NCBI GenBank assembly: GCA_041589455.1
Contig: JBFHVQ010000004.1
Location: forward strand, 2,191-66,190
Direction: 5' to 3'
DNA: 64,000 bases
Source: Gammaproteobacteria bacterium
GTDB lineage: Bacteria > Pseudomonadota > Gammaproteobacteria > SZUA-229
Below, piece after piece: positions 18,869-28,483 of this stretch. The translations under genes were made by a program, and so were the position numbers. Within the stretch, counting starts at the first letter, position 1, and every line of letters begins with the position of its first letter. The notes beneath the pieces are model-generated. The model was not told the DNA's origin. It did no database searches and saw only the letters and a program-made list of their open reading frames with translations.

Positions 18869-20121
18869 CAGGCTTAATGTTGAGTAGTCTTTCGATTGAG
18901 GCTGCCAATATTATTAATGAAATTAATTTTGAAGGGAATGAGACTACGGAGGAGTCTATTCTCATAAGAGAGATTTTTGTTGCCGAAGGTGATGTGCTTG
19001 AGACAGAGCTGCTTGATAAATCTCGACAGGCAATTATGGATCTGGGCCTGTTTAAAAATGTCAGTTATTACCTGCGGGAAGTGATTACTGCCAATGATGC
19101 TGAATTAAGTGCTCGAGTTGATGTCGTTTTTGTGGTTGAGGAGAAGCTCTATCTTTTGGTCTTGCCACGCATAAGAACCAATGAAGATGAAACGCACTAT
19201 GGAATCCAGGTAAGATGGGATAATGTCTGGGGTTTAAACCATGAAATGAGATTGTTACTGGAAGATCGTGGTAGTACGCAAGGTGTTGATGAGCAGCGTG
19301 AATCTATTGAATATACCTATCCTAATGTCAATGGCACACCTTTTAATATCGAGTTTGAGATTCAGGCGATTAATAGTGTAGACGAGTTGATAGAGAGTGA
19401 GACGTTTGTTGATCGGCAGGATAATGAGTTTAGGCTATCTCTTTCTCGCTGGTTAAATAATCTAGGTAGAAATCGAGGCTGGTTACTGGGTGGTGAACTC
19501 AAATTTCAGCAACGCTTAAATGAGGTGTTTTATGGTGAGGGCGTTTCAGAGAAGCTGGACGCGCTTATTTTAGGGTTTACTCTTTCCTATAACAGTGTCA
19601 ATAACTATGAATATAATCGTGGCGGGAAATTATACTCATATAATTTTCAGATATCTGATGAGCGTCTGGGAAGTGACAGTGAATATACGCGCCATCTTTT
19701 TATCTATCGGAGCTATTATCGAATTGATGGTAGCCCGTTATCTAATCTAAATGTGCAAACTAGACTGGGTCACTCTAATAACCTGGTTCTCGATAAAACT
19801 GCTTTTAGTCTTGGTAGTAGCTCAGATTTGAGAGGATATGAAAAGAGTCGTTTCACGGGCAATACAATGTTGCTGACCAATGTAGAGTATATGTTTCCCC
19901 ATCCAGACTATCCTGTAGTGCGTTATGTGTGTTTTATGGATCTAGGTAACACCTATGATCAATTCGAAGATATTTTACATAAGCCATTAAATGTCGGTGT
20001 GGGTTTTGGTGTCCGCTGGAAAATACCCGCCTTAGTCAGGGTCGATCTAAGAGTTGATATAGGTTATGGCGTTACTGATGAAGATTACCGTGTAAGCTTT
20101 GGAACAAGGCATGCTTTTTAA
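18838..20121 (+). CDS. Omp85/BamA-TamA family outer membrane protein (single POTRA + surface antigen barrel)
   Basis: Start chosen at MAKAKLFLWLAGLMLSSLSIEA (signal peptide). POTRA-like NFEGNETTEESILIREI...GLFKNV, an alternating beta-barrel pattern, and a terminal aromatic residue (..GTRHAF). Confidence 0.75.
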   Translation: MAKAKLFLWLAGLMLSSLSIEAANIINEINFEGNETTEESILIREIFVAEGDVLETELLDKSRQAIMDLGLFKNVSYYLREVITANDAELSARVDVVFVVEEKLYLLVLPRIRTNEDETHYGIQVRWDNVWGLNHEMRLLLEDRGSTQGVDEQRESIEYTYPNVNGTPFNIEFEIQAINSVDELIESETFVDRQDNEFRLSLSRWLNNLGRNRGWLLGGELKFQQRLNEVFYGEGVSEKLDALILGFTLSYNSVNNYEYNRGGKLYSYNFQISDERLGSDSEYTRHLFIYRSYYRIDGSPLSNLNVQTRLGHSNNLVLDKTAFSLGSSSDLRGYEKSRFTGNTMLLTNVEYMFPHPDYPVVRYVCFMDLGNTYDQFEDILHKPLNVGVGFGVRWKIPALVRVDLRVDIGYGVTDEDYRVSFGTRHAF

Positions 20122-20243
20122 ATGTCTGGTATTTAATGGTTTGAGTTAGAAGAATAGCAAAGCCAATAAAAGTTTCTAATAGCGAGAAGTTTGTGCGCAT
20201 AAATGAATATTTATACGCCAATGTTACGGTTCTCTATGAATGT

Positions 20244-22403
20244 TTATTGAGCAGAATGGGCTCGCTGTCGAAGTCGTCTTCTCCGCCTATTGGGGCGGGG
20301 TTGTTGATCATAAATTGGTTCGTCATGTGTGAGTTGATGGATTCTTGTGCTGCCACCATCGTAAAAGTCGATAGTGAATTGTCCCATAATGTTATCGAGT
20401 TTAATCGCCTGCTCTTCCATCTCTTTGGCAGTAGCTGTTGCTTCTTCAACCAGCGCGGCATTTTGCTGTGTGCTTTCATCAAGTTGTATTACTGTATGAT
20501 TAATTTGTTCTATTCCGGTGGACTGGCTGTGTGCTGCTTCAGCAATATCAGACATCAGGTTATTTACTTTTATAACAGCCTCAATGATGTCACTCAGTGT
20601 TTCGCCTGATTGATCAGCTAATTTACTACCTTCATGTGCTTTTTCAACACTATCATTAATTAACTGTTTAATTTCTTTTGCAGCGCTAGCGCTACGTTGT
20701 GCAAGGTTTCTTACTTCTGTAGCGACAACTGCAAATCCTTTGCCCTGGTCTCCGGCACGTGCTGCTTCAACAGCGGCATTTAGTGCAAGTAAATTAGTTT
20801 GGAAAGCAATTTCATCAATTGTGCTAATAATATCAGCAATGTTTTTGCTGGATGAGTTAATTTCTGCCATTGAATTGATCAAGTTACTTATTATATAGCC
20901 ACCTGATTCGGCTTGAGCTCGGGCGTTGGCTGCAAATTGAGCCGCTTGCTGAGCATTTATTGAGTTCTTTTTGACAAAGGTTGTCATTTCTTCCATGGTT
21001 GCCGTGGTCTCTTCAAGAGCTACTGCTTGCTGATCTGTTCGACGACTTAAATCTATATTGCCTTCAGAGATTTCAATCGCGGTGTTCTTAACGCTGCTCG
21101 ATGAGATATGGATTTCAGATATGACCTTGACCAGGTTATCAATTAAAGAGTTAATAGAGTCGCCTAGTATTTTAAAGTCACCTTCAAACTCATTTTCCAG
21201 TTTTCGGCTTAAATCCCCTTCGGATACTGATAGAAATAGATCTTTTATTGTATTGATCGTGGTTTTACGAAAAGTAATATCTGTTGCGTATTTAACGACC
21301 TTGACAGGTCTCTGGTTCAGGTCGAATATGGGGTTATAGGTGGCCTGAATCCAGATTTCTTTACCATTCTTGCCCAGGCGTTTATATTCGGCCGCCTGAA
21401 ATTCACCCTGATTTAATTTATCCCAAAACTGTTTGTATTCCAGGCTGTTTTTATAATCAGGTTCCACAAACATACTGTGATGTTGTCCTTTTACTTCATC
21501 AAGGGTGTATCCCATTGCTGATAGAAAATTATCATTGGCAGAGATAATCGTGCCATCCATATTAAACTCAATCACTGCCTGGGATTTGCTAATGGCCTCG
21601 ATTTGCCCGGAGAAGTCTGCAGCCTGTAATTTCTGCGCCGTCACATTGGTGGCATATTTGACGACCTTAAAAGGCTTGCCGTTTAAATCAAAGATGGGGT
21701 TGTAAGTGGCCTGGATCCAGACTTCCCTGCCATTTTTGCCAAGGCGCTTATATTCTGCGGTCTGAAATGCACCCTGATTCAGGTTTTGCCAGAATTGAGC
21801 GTATTCGGCACTTTGTTTATAGCCTGGTTCAACAAACATGCTGTGGTGTTGCCCTTTTACTTCATCAAGGGTATATCCCATTGCCGATAGAAAATTATCA
21901 TTGGCAGAGATAATCGTGCCATCCATATTAAACTCAATCACCGCCTGGGATTTGCTAATGGCCTCGATTTGTCCCTTGTAATTGGCATCTATTAGCTTCT
22001 GCTGTGTTACGTCAGTGGCAAATTTTATGACTTTATAGGCTTTGCCATTTTCATCCAGAATAGGGTTGTAACTGGCATGAATCCAGACGATCTTGCTATT
22101 TTTACCCAGCCGTTTAAATTCCGCTGTCTGGTGTTTTCCCTGGCTTAATGACTCCCAGAACTGTATGTACTCAGGATCATGCTTGTATGAGGGTTCAACA
22201 AAGATGCTATGGTGTTTTCCCTGAATCTCCTCAAGTTGATAACCCATAACATCAAGAAATAATGAATTTGCTGAAATGATTGTGCCATCGATATTAAATT
22301 CTATAACGGCCTGTGATTTATCCAGAGCATCGAGTACAGATTGCATTTCCTCAAGCTTGCTATTTTCATCAGCAATGTTGTGATTCATATGTGATTCCGT
22401 CAA
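20244..22403 (-). CDS. Soluble methyl-accepting chemotaxis protein with three tandem PAS domains
   Basis: Three units of about 122 aa (AVIEFN.DGTII.AN..FL...GY...E..G.HHS.FVEP...[18 protein letters not shown]...KVVK.ATD.T). These are followed by a HAMP-like linker and the MCP signalling hairpin ([21 protein letters not shown]). No TM segments. Confidence 0.9.
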   Translation of the reverse strand: MTESHMNHNIADENSKLEEMQSVLDALDKSQAVIEFNIDGTIISANSLFLDVMGYQLEEIQGKHHSIFVEPSYKHDPEYIQFWESLSQGKHQTAEFKRLGKNSKIVWIHASYNPILDENGKAYKVIKFATDVTQQKLIDANYKGQIEAISKSQAVIEFNMDGTIISANDNFLSAMGYTLDEVKGQHHSMFVEPGYKQSAEYAQFWQNLNQGAFQTAEYKRLGKNGREVWIQATYNPIFDLNGKPFKVVKYATNVTAQKLQAADFSGQIEAISKSQAVIEFNMDGTIISANDNFLSAMGYTLDEVKGQHHSMFVEPDYKNSLEYKQFWDKLNQGEFQAAEYKRLGKNGKEIWIQATYNPIFDLNQRPVKVVKYATDITFRKTTINTIKDLFLSVSEGDLSRKLENEFEGDFKILGDSINSLIDNLVKVISEIHISSSSVKNTAIEISEGNIDLSRRTDQQAVALEETTATMEEMTTFVKKNSINAQQAAQFAANARAQAESGGYIISNLINSMAEINSSSKNIADIISTIDEIAFQTNLLALNAAVEAARAGDQGKGFAVVATEVRNLAQRSASAAKEIKQLINDSVEKAHEGSKLADQSGETLSDIIEAVIKVNNLMSDIAEAAHSQSTGIEQINHTVIQLDESTQQNAALVEEATATAKEMEEQAIKLDNIMGQFTIDFYDGGSTRIHQLTHDEPIYDQQPRPNRRRRRLRQRAHSAQ
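21286..22340 (-). repeat. Three tandem repeat units of about 366 bp (PAS-coding) inside the MCP gene
   Basis: By-eye alignment. Units at about 21286-21652, 21652-22020 and 22020-22340. The cores 21474-21610 and 21841-21975 differ at only about 6 positions. Confidence 0.7.
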
Positions 22404-22707
22404 AAAATGGGTTTTTCATATTTATGATTGATTAAACTAATGGTAGCGTAAAATATAGAATAAATTGAGATTATAGCTGCTTGCCTGAAATTTGCTGTGA
22501 TGGCTAGTGGTGAAGTATATCTTCAAATAAATTAAATTCTGTGGATTTGTATAATAAAGAGAGAGAATACAAGAAGCGTGTTACGAAGCTTAATGAACTG
22601 TCAGTGTCTGTTCACCAAGCTTCAGTTGTTAAGCGGTTCTGCTTTTATAGACTGTTTAATGATGGTTGAAGTGATTTATCACTAAACAGGTTGAATGGCA
22701 TTAAGAG

Positions 22708-23052
22708 TTATTTGTTCTCAAGTACCTGTGTCTTAAAGTCGATACCACCCCAGCCGGTTTTCATAAAGTTACGGATATTCTGGTGATCTTCTGCATCAGG
22801 GTGCTGCAATACATCTTCTCTATAATATTTTCCAAAACAATGAAGCGTATTGTCTTCGCTGATATTATTCAGCTTTGCAAAAGCAAAAATTTTACATGAA
22901 CCATTGTTCTGATCAGCTGCATTGGTGAGGTCACCATTGCTGAATTCTCCCGGTGTAAATGTGTAGTTCTCATCAATGGTGATGATGGATTCTTCAAAGC
23001 TTATTTGCTCTGGTGTGTTATTTAGCTTTTCAATAAAACTGTCTAATTTCAT
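22708..23052 (-). CDS. HopJ type III effector family protein
   Basis: 114 aa. The pattern F.P..F.NG...N..GQNNGSCKIFAFAKL...TL.CFGKYYREDVL..P...DH.NIRNF...GW.GI.F matches my recollection of the HopJ (PF08888) family. Confidence 0.7.
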   Translation of the reverse strand: MKLDSFIEKLNNTPEQISFEESIITIDENYTFTPGEFSNGDLTNAADQNNGSCKIFAFAKLNNISEDNTLHCFGKYYREDVLQHPDAEDHQNIRNFMKTGWGGIDFKTQVLENK

Positions 23053-23062
23053 AATTTAATAT

Positions 23063-23533
23063 TTACCTGTTAAATGATAGTGTCTGGTTTATCTGTAGGG
23101 TGCCGCCGTTAAGGATTTGTGCACGCAGGCCGGCTTTTCCTGTCAGGCTGGGCAATACCTGTGGTGTTAATAGCGCTGCAAGATGAGGGCAGGGCTCACA
23201 CAGTTTGATGCCGAGCAGTTCGACATCGCCAATATAAAAAGTTTTATCGACCAGTTGATTCAGCTCGATTCTTTCGGTAATTAGGTTTCTGCGAAATTCT
23301 GCATAGGAAAAATCAAAATGAAACTGCTGATTAAATTCATCAACGCGTTCTTTTGCAATCAGCGTTAGTTCGCTGAGGGGTTTGCCAGCAAGCATTTCAG
23401 AAAATGTGCCAGTACCTTTGTAGTAACGATCTCCCTTTATGCCCTTGCCGGCAATTAGTTCTGCCTTAGTTAAACTTATCGGTTTACTATTAGCTGAATC
23501 GGCAATAAAAATTTTATGTATACGTCCTTGCAT
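23063..23533 (-). CDS. MOSC domain-containing protein
   Basis: 156 aa beta-barrel-type sequence with GIKGDRY and the conserved Cys context LCEPC near the C-terminal third. Confidence 0.75.
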   Translation of the reverse strand: MQGRIHKIFIADSANSKPISLTKAELIAGKGIKGDRYYKGTGTFSEMLAGKPLSELTLIAKERVDEFNQQFHFDFSYAEFRRNLITERIELNQLVDKTFYIGDVELLGIKLCEPCPHLAALLTPQVLPSLTGKAGLRAQILNGGTLQINQTLSFNR

Positions 23534-23543
23534 ATGTATTTCC

Positions 23544-24170
23544 TTATATAAGAGGGATAATATTCCTTAGGTCTTTATCTTCTATCACAATAGTTGCGGC
23601 TTCACGTAATACGGGTTTTGCGCAAAATGCGATACGTGTGTCGGCATGTTTAAACATACTCAGATCGTTTGCACCATCACCACAGACCAGTGTGTTTTCT
23701 GGGCCTATGCCCATTAGCCCCTGAAGGCGTTGCAGTAGTTCTCCTTTGGAAGTGTCGAACATCATTTCGCCGCCAACCAGTCCACTGAGTACACCATCTT
23801 CTGAATGAAGCGTATTACTGAACTCAGCATCGTAGCCGACGATGTCTTTGAAGTGGCGTGTTGCATTACGAAAGCCGCCGCTGAAAATAGCAACCATATA
23901 ACCTTTTTCTTTCAATGCACTGACAAGCTCCTGTGCGCCGGGCATTAGAGGCAGGTTGTGGCAGATTTCGTTGAGGCGAGATTCTTTCAGGCCTTTTAAT
24001 AATTTAACGCGCTGTTGTAGGGCGCCAAAAAAATCCATCTCACCACGCATTGCGGCTTCGGTGAGTTTTGCAACGGCGGCCTCCTGACCGGTTTCCCGCG
24101 CCAGAAAATCAATGGTTTCTCCATCCATTACGGTGGAGTCAAAATCCAGTACTGCTAGTTTCATATTCAA
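23544..24170 (-). CDS. HAD-family phosphoserine phosphatase (short SerB-type)
   Basis: DxDST motif (VLDFDSTVM), SGGF, K, and GDGANDL motifs of HAD subfamily IB; 208 aa. Confidence 0.8.
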   Translation of the reverse strand: MNMKLAVLDFDSTVMDGETIDFLARETGQEAAVAKLTEAAMRGEMDFFGALQQRVKLLKGLKESRLNEICHNLPLMPGAQELVSALKEKGYMVAIFSGGFRNATRHFKDIVGYDAEFSNTLHSEDGVLSGLVGGEMMFDTSKGELLQRLQGLMGIGPENTLVCGDGANDLSMFKHADTRIAFCAKPVLREAATIVIEDKDLRNIIPLI

Positions 24171-24183
24171 TATTCTTTAAAAT

Positions 24184-25527
24184 TTATGTGTAAATAGGTG
24201 AGTCTATGTAGCGTGCAATCAAACCGCGCTGCGCCATATTCTCATCCAGTGGAATGCGAATTTTGTAGCCGCCACCTTTGGCTTCCTGCATGTCATTACC
24301 ATTCATGTCCTGCATGCTGGTAAGCACAATATCTTCATTGCCAGAAGGCTTAATCAGTTCGAGTTTGTCGCCAACAGTAATTTTATTTTTTACGTCTATT
24401 TCTGCCATGCCAGTGGCTTTATCGTAGCCAATGACTTCACCAACAAACTGTTGCTGGCGACTAACTGAATTTCCCTGAATATAGTTCTGGTATTCATGGG
24501 TATGGTGGCGTTTGTAAAAGCCATCGGTGTATCCGCGATTCGCCAGGTTTTCCAGAATACCGAGTAATTCCGGGTTAAACTCGCGGCCCGCCTGGGCATC
24601 TAGAATAGCCTGTTTGTAGCTTTGCGCGGTGCGAGCCACATAGTAGTGTGACTTGGTGCGGCCTTCTATTTTTAAACTGTCTACACCAATCTCAACCAGC
24701 TGCTTGACGTGTTCAACGGCGCGCAGGTCTTTTGAATTCATAATGTAAGTGCCGTGTTCATCTTCTTCAACGGGCATCTGTTCGCCTGGGCGATTGCCTT
24801 CTTCAAGGAACATGATTTCATCGGCTTTCGGGTGGCGCGCATCGCCCATGTCTGAAAGTTTTACGCTTTCTTCTTCTGCGGGTTTATATACCCCTTCAGC
24901 ATTTTCAGTGGCGGGCGTTGATTTGTAATCCCAACGGCAGGCATTGGTACAGGTACCCTGATTGGGGTCTCTATGATTGAAGTAGCCAGATAGCAGGCAG
25001 CGTCCCGAGTAGGCAATACATAAGGCACCGTGCACAAAAACTTCCAGTTCCATGTCCGGACATTGCTGACGAATTTCTTTTATTTCATCGAGCGACAGTT
25101 CTCGTGACAGGATAATGCGCTCTACACCCACAGATTGCCAGAATTTAACTGCCGCATAATTAACCGTATTGGCCTGCACAGAGAGGTGAACTGGCATTTC
25201 GGGCCAGGTTTCCCTGACCATCATGATCAGCCCGGGGTCCGCCATAATTAGTGCATCTGGCCGCATTTCGATAATGGGACGCATGTCGTCGATATAGGTT
25301 TTGATCTTGCTGTTGTGTGGCATCAGGTTAGATGTCAGGTAGAACTTTTTCCCGAGATCATGGGCTTCTTTAATACCGATTGCCAGATTGTCTTCTAGAA
25401 AATCATTATTACGTACCCGTAGGCTGTATCGTGGCTGGCCCGCGTACACGGCGTCTGCGCCATAAGCAAAGGCATAACGCATATTTTTCAGGGTTCCTGC
25501 AGGGGATAGTAATTCAGTCTGTTTCAT
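24184..25527 (-). CDS. trhP: U32 family peptidase-like protein, YegQ/TrhP-type (tRNA U34 hydroxylation factor)
   Basis: The N-terminus ELLSPAGTLKNMRYAFAYGADAVYAGQPRYSLRVRNN and SGRCLLSGY...RDPNQGTCTNACRW closely match what I recall of E. coli YegQ; 447 aa. Confidence 0.8.
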   Translation of the reverse strand: MKQTELLSPAGTLKNMRYAFAYGADAVYAGQPRYSLRVRNNDFLEDNLAIGIKEAHDLGKKFYLTSNLMPHNSKIKTYIDDMRPIIEMRPDALIMADPGLIMMVRETWPEMPVHLSVQANTVNYAAVKFWQSVGVERIILSRELSLDEIKEIRQQCPDMELEVFVHGALCIAYSGRCLLSGYFNHRDPNQGTCTNACRWDYKSTPATENAEGVYKPAEEESVKLSDMGDARHPKADEIMFLEEGNRPGEQMPVEEDEHGTYIMNSKDLRAVEHVKQLVEIGVDSLKIEGRTKSHYYVARTAQSYKQAILDAQAGREFNPELLGILENLANRGYTDGFYKRHHTHEYQNYIQGNSVSRQQQFVGEVIGYDKATGMAEIDVKNKITVGDKLELIKPSGNEDIVLTSMQDMNGNDMQEAKGGGYKIRIPLDENMAQRGLIARYIDSPIYT

Positions 25528-25608
25528 GTCAATCTGCCCTCTGGACGACTCGGTAAGGCTAAGCCGGCCATTTTACATGATTTATTACATCGGGTTGAAG
25601 TAATCGGA

Positions 25609-25999
25609 ATGATCGAGCTTATCAATAACATCAGGCTGGTTTACCTGGATACCGCTATATGGCTGCTGCTTGGGCTCTTCTTTGTGGGTCTGGTTAAGGC
25701 TTATATCAAAGCCATGCAGCGCTGGCTGGGAGGTCGCGGCGTCGGGCTGTTAGCGGGGTGGCATTGTTTGGTGCGCTGTGTTCATGCGGTCTTATACTGG
25801 CGGCACCGGGGCTAAGGCGTGCAGTAGTTTCGCAGGTGCGGTATTGGTATTTCTGTTGGTGGGGCCTGCAACAAACATTGCCAGTTTGATGCTGATTCGT
25901 AAAAAGCTCGGTGAGAAAGTAACGTTTATTTATCTGGCGGGTATATCTATGGTCAGTATTATCATGGGTTTGTTGCTAGCGTGGTTTCTTGAGTATTAG
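25609..25999 (+). pseudogene. Decayed COG0701/DUF318-type permease (CSCG-motif family), at least two frameshifts
   Basis: Three frames must be joined. Frame 1: ...LLLGLFFVGLVKAYI..RWLGG. Frame 0: SGVALFGALCSCGLILAAPGLRRA. Frame 2: GAVLVFLLVGPATNIASLMLIRKKLGEK... Confidence 0.55.
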
Positions 26000-26220
26000 C
26001 AGAAGCAGGTCAGTTTAAACCTTGATGATCAGGAAGAGTTGTTTCCCTGTTCTGTAAGCCTGGTTTGTGCAGTCGCACTGTTATTGCTGGCGGTACCTGC
26101 GCTACGTAATCGCTTATTGTTTTTCTTTAATTAAGATGGCCTGAAAACTGTAAAATGTCGATGAGAATCAACTAATTCAGGTAAAAAACTAAAATAATCA
26201 TAGATATAGCGTCAATTTAC

Positions 26221-26250
26221 TTTACATGTCGGGTTTTGCTGGTATAAATA
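26221..26250 (+). promoter_or_regulatory. Candidate sigma70 promoter for the small secreted-protein gene
   Basis: TTTACA, then 16-17 nt, then TATAAA(T). It lies about 25-50 nt upstream of the GAGG RBS and the ATG at 26274. Confidence 0.35.
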
Positions 26251-26273
26251 ATCTAACAAAACTAGAGGTGTGT

Positions 26274-26675
26274 ATGACGCAATTAACCACTCTTTTCAAA
26301 ATAGGCTTTGCAGGATCGCTTTCCTTTTTAATATTTCCACTATGTATTGTTTCTGCTCAAGTGACGGCAGCAGAAGGAATTTTTATCAGCAAAAATAAAT
26401 CACAGCACAACCTGACGGGTGTTGAGCTTAATCGTATTAAGGCGGAGCACCAGATTAAGTTTGGAAGTAAGGAGTCTTCGGCTCACTTCAGTACGAATAA
26501 TCCCTGGGAAAAGAAAAAACAAAAAACCCAGACAGCAGGTAAAAATAGTACTTGGGGTGATTGTCGTGATTATGCGTTGCACAAGAGGAACCGTTGCTAT
26601 CGTGAAGGGCGAGATGCCTATCGTTGTGAGCAACTCTATGAGACACGCGTCACTTTATGTGATTCTAGTCTTTAG
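26274..26675 (+). CDS. Hypothetical small secreted protein, basic, with a 4-Cys C-terminal module
   Basis: Start chosen at the ATG preceded by AGAGG. Signal peptide MTQLTTLFKIGFAGSLSFLIFPLCIVSAQVTAAEG. The C-terminal Cys spacing is C-x11-C-x9-C-x11-C. No family recognised. Confidence 0.5.
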   Translation: MTQLTTLFKIGFAGSLSFLIFPLCIVSAQVTAAEGIFISKNKSQHNLTGVELNRIKAEHQIKFGSKESSAHFSTNNPWEKKKQKTQTAGKNSTWGDCRDYALHKRNRCYREGRDAYRCEQLYETRVTLCDSSL

Positions 26676-26701
26676 TTTGTTTTTATCAGCTTTTAATTGA
26701 G

Positions 26702-27364
26702 CTACATAGCCTGACGGATCAGATACTGAGATAACTCGAGTGCACTTGACTGCTCCTCAGTTAGTTCAGCATCAGCTTCACTGGCATGTCCTTGATTACT
26801 ACTTAACAGGTTTTCCAGTACGGCTGAAAGTGCATGGATTCTTTCCTGAGCTGTGATCATCTCCAGCATTCTTGAGTAGGGTTTTAATAGGTCCAGATAA
26901 AGTATGGCATCATGTAGTTTGAGGCTATAGAAATGCTGCTTGTCCAGTGTGTAATGTAGTGCATGATTAGGGTCACACTGGAAATTTTCCTGATCCAGTT
27001 CGGCTAATTTTTCCTGCGTCTGTTGCATGCAGCTAAGTAAACTACTTAAGCAGGATTCAATTTCACGGCGTTCGTTATAACTTGTGCGTTGGATAAACTG
27101 GTTTCTATTTGCGGTAATGGTCAGAAATTGTATAGCAAGATTGTCAATTGAGTACATCAGTGTTTTTACGGAATACTCGTGCTCTTCACCGAGAGAGAGA
27201 TTTGTGTTGAAGCCGTGTTGTTGAAGATTAAGCAGTAGTGAGCTGCTAACGGTTTTCAAGCCAACTAATAATGAGTTTATCGATGCTATCGATCTGGCCA
27301 TTTTTTGATCAGGTCCCTTGGTTTTATTTGCAGAAACAATTTTGTAGTCATTTTTTGCGGCCAT
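26702..27364 (-). CDS. Hypothetical protein (predicted all-helical, no recognised domain)
   Basis: 220-aa ORF in an AT-rich patch. Coding status is supported only by length and the absence of competing ORFs. Confidence 0.45.
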   Translation of the reverse strand: MAAKNDYKIVSANKTKGPDQKMARSIASINSLLVGLKTVSSSLLLNLQQHGFNTNLSLGEEHEYSVKTLMYSIDNLAIQFLTITANRNQFIQRTSYNERREIESCLSSLLSCMQQTQEKLAELDQENFQCDPNHALHYTLDKQHFYSLKLHDAILYLDLLKPYSRMLEMITAQERIHALSAVLENLLSSNQGHASEADAELTEEQSSALELSQYLIRQAM

Positions 27365-27662
27365 TAAGGAGTGGCCTAAATAGTGTTTCCTGTGCCTGCG
27401 GAAAGAAAATAACGATTTCAGGCAGTTGATACTTTATTTTTTAAAGCATACAGATGATGCTTTATTTTTTTCAAAACACTATATATTGGGGTGTGAAATT
27501 GGTCAACAACAAATTGCTGTGGATAAGTCTGTGGGTAATGCAGGTATAGCCTGTGTGTATTGTCTAGAAATGCTATTCCCTGTGGTTTACAAGTTGATTA
27601 CTGTGTTTTGAGATTGTCGGTGATTTGTAATGTATCAGACTAGCGGTAGCAGTTTAACAGTT

Positions 27663-28088
27663 TCATATTGAAAAAACTTTTGCGAGCAGATAAATAGCAT
27701 AGCCTGCTCCGGCTATTTGCAGAATGTGCATGATATTTTGCAGACTGCGCATGGATTGATAGGTTCGAATATTAACAGGTTCAAGTTGCTCATTGCAGGC
27801 TTTCTGCAGACCTTTAAGAATATGTGCGTGATTAAATACATAACTAACCGCCAGTATCGTTAGCATTAAAGCCGCAGGCTGATTGTTGACTAAAGCCGCA
27901 CACAGGCCCGCGAGTAAACACAGTACTGAATTTAGACGGTATAAACGTCGGTATATATAGAGTTGACTGTTCAGTGTGCTTGTCGATTTAAGTAATGCGT
28001 GATAGAGCAGGCTGGTTAATAGCATGCTGCCTATACTGGCACCAACAAAACATGCTGAAATAAGAGAAAAAAGTACAAATAAATTCAT
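27663..28088 (-). CDS. Hypothetical 4-TM membrane protein
   Basis: 141 aa with four clear hydrophobic helices. No family assigned with confidence. Confidence 0.55.
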   Translation of the reverse strand: MNLFVLFSLISACFVGASIGSMLLTSLLYHALLKSTSTLNSQLYIYRRLYRLNSVLCLLAGLCAALVNNQPAALMLTILAVSYVFNHAHILKGLQKACNEQLEPVNIRTYQSMRSLQNIMHILQIAGAGYAIYLLAKVFSI

Positions 28089-28483
28089 GCCGAGGATTGT
28101 AGCATTGTCAGGTGGGAAATTTCATCTGGCAAAAAGCTGTGGGTATTTCTTAAAGCTTTTGTTTTTAGTGTTGATGATTGTAATTAGAAGATGGTGTAAA
28201 TAGACGCAAATTTAAAGGCATTTTGATACGTCACTAAAACGTCGTTGCATCGTCATGCTGGTAAGCTTCTGGCAGGATCCACTGTGTGTAAAGCGATGGA
28301 TCTCTGTTATAAGTATACGGGGATGAGGTCTGTTTGGAGAGCTGAGCGTTATCTATTTAACGATAGGAATGATATCGGCTTAACGGAGGGAATGGTGCTG
28401 ACCTGGTGTTCAGGTGTGATATTTACCTGGCCTGGTGGCTTAACCCTAAACTGGAAATTTTTCTGTGTCGGTGCTATTTAAAC

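Noticed and set aside
20193-20609. 138-aa plus-strand ORF
   Set aside because: It is antisense to the conserved MCP signalling domain, is Cys-rich and low complexity, and has no RBS.
27443-27471. AT-rich hairpin aaagcat/atgcttt followed by a T-run (plus strand)
   Set aside because: It is only 7 bp with 2 G-C pairs, there is no plus-strand gene upstream to terminate, and it is probably fortuitous in an AT-rich spacer.
28203-28220. gacgcaaa...aaaggc resemblance to the c-di-GMP-I (GEMM) riboswitch core
   Set aside because: Only a short partial match. The flanking helices and the second conserved half of the motif are absent.
28245-28481. 78-aa ORF in the long intergenic region
   Set aside because: It has a TTG start without a Shine-Dalgarno sequence, an odd Cys/Trp-rich composition and no family resemblance. 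The region is kept only as an unexplained non-coding stretch.
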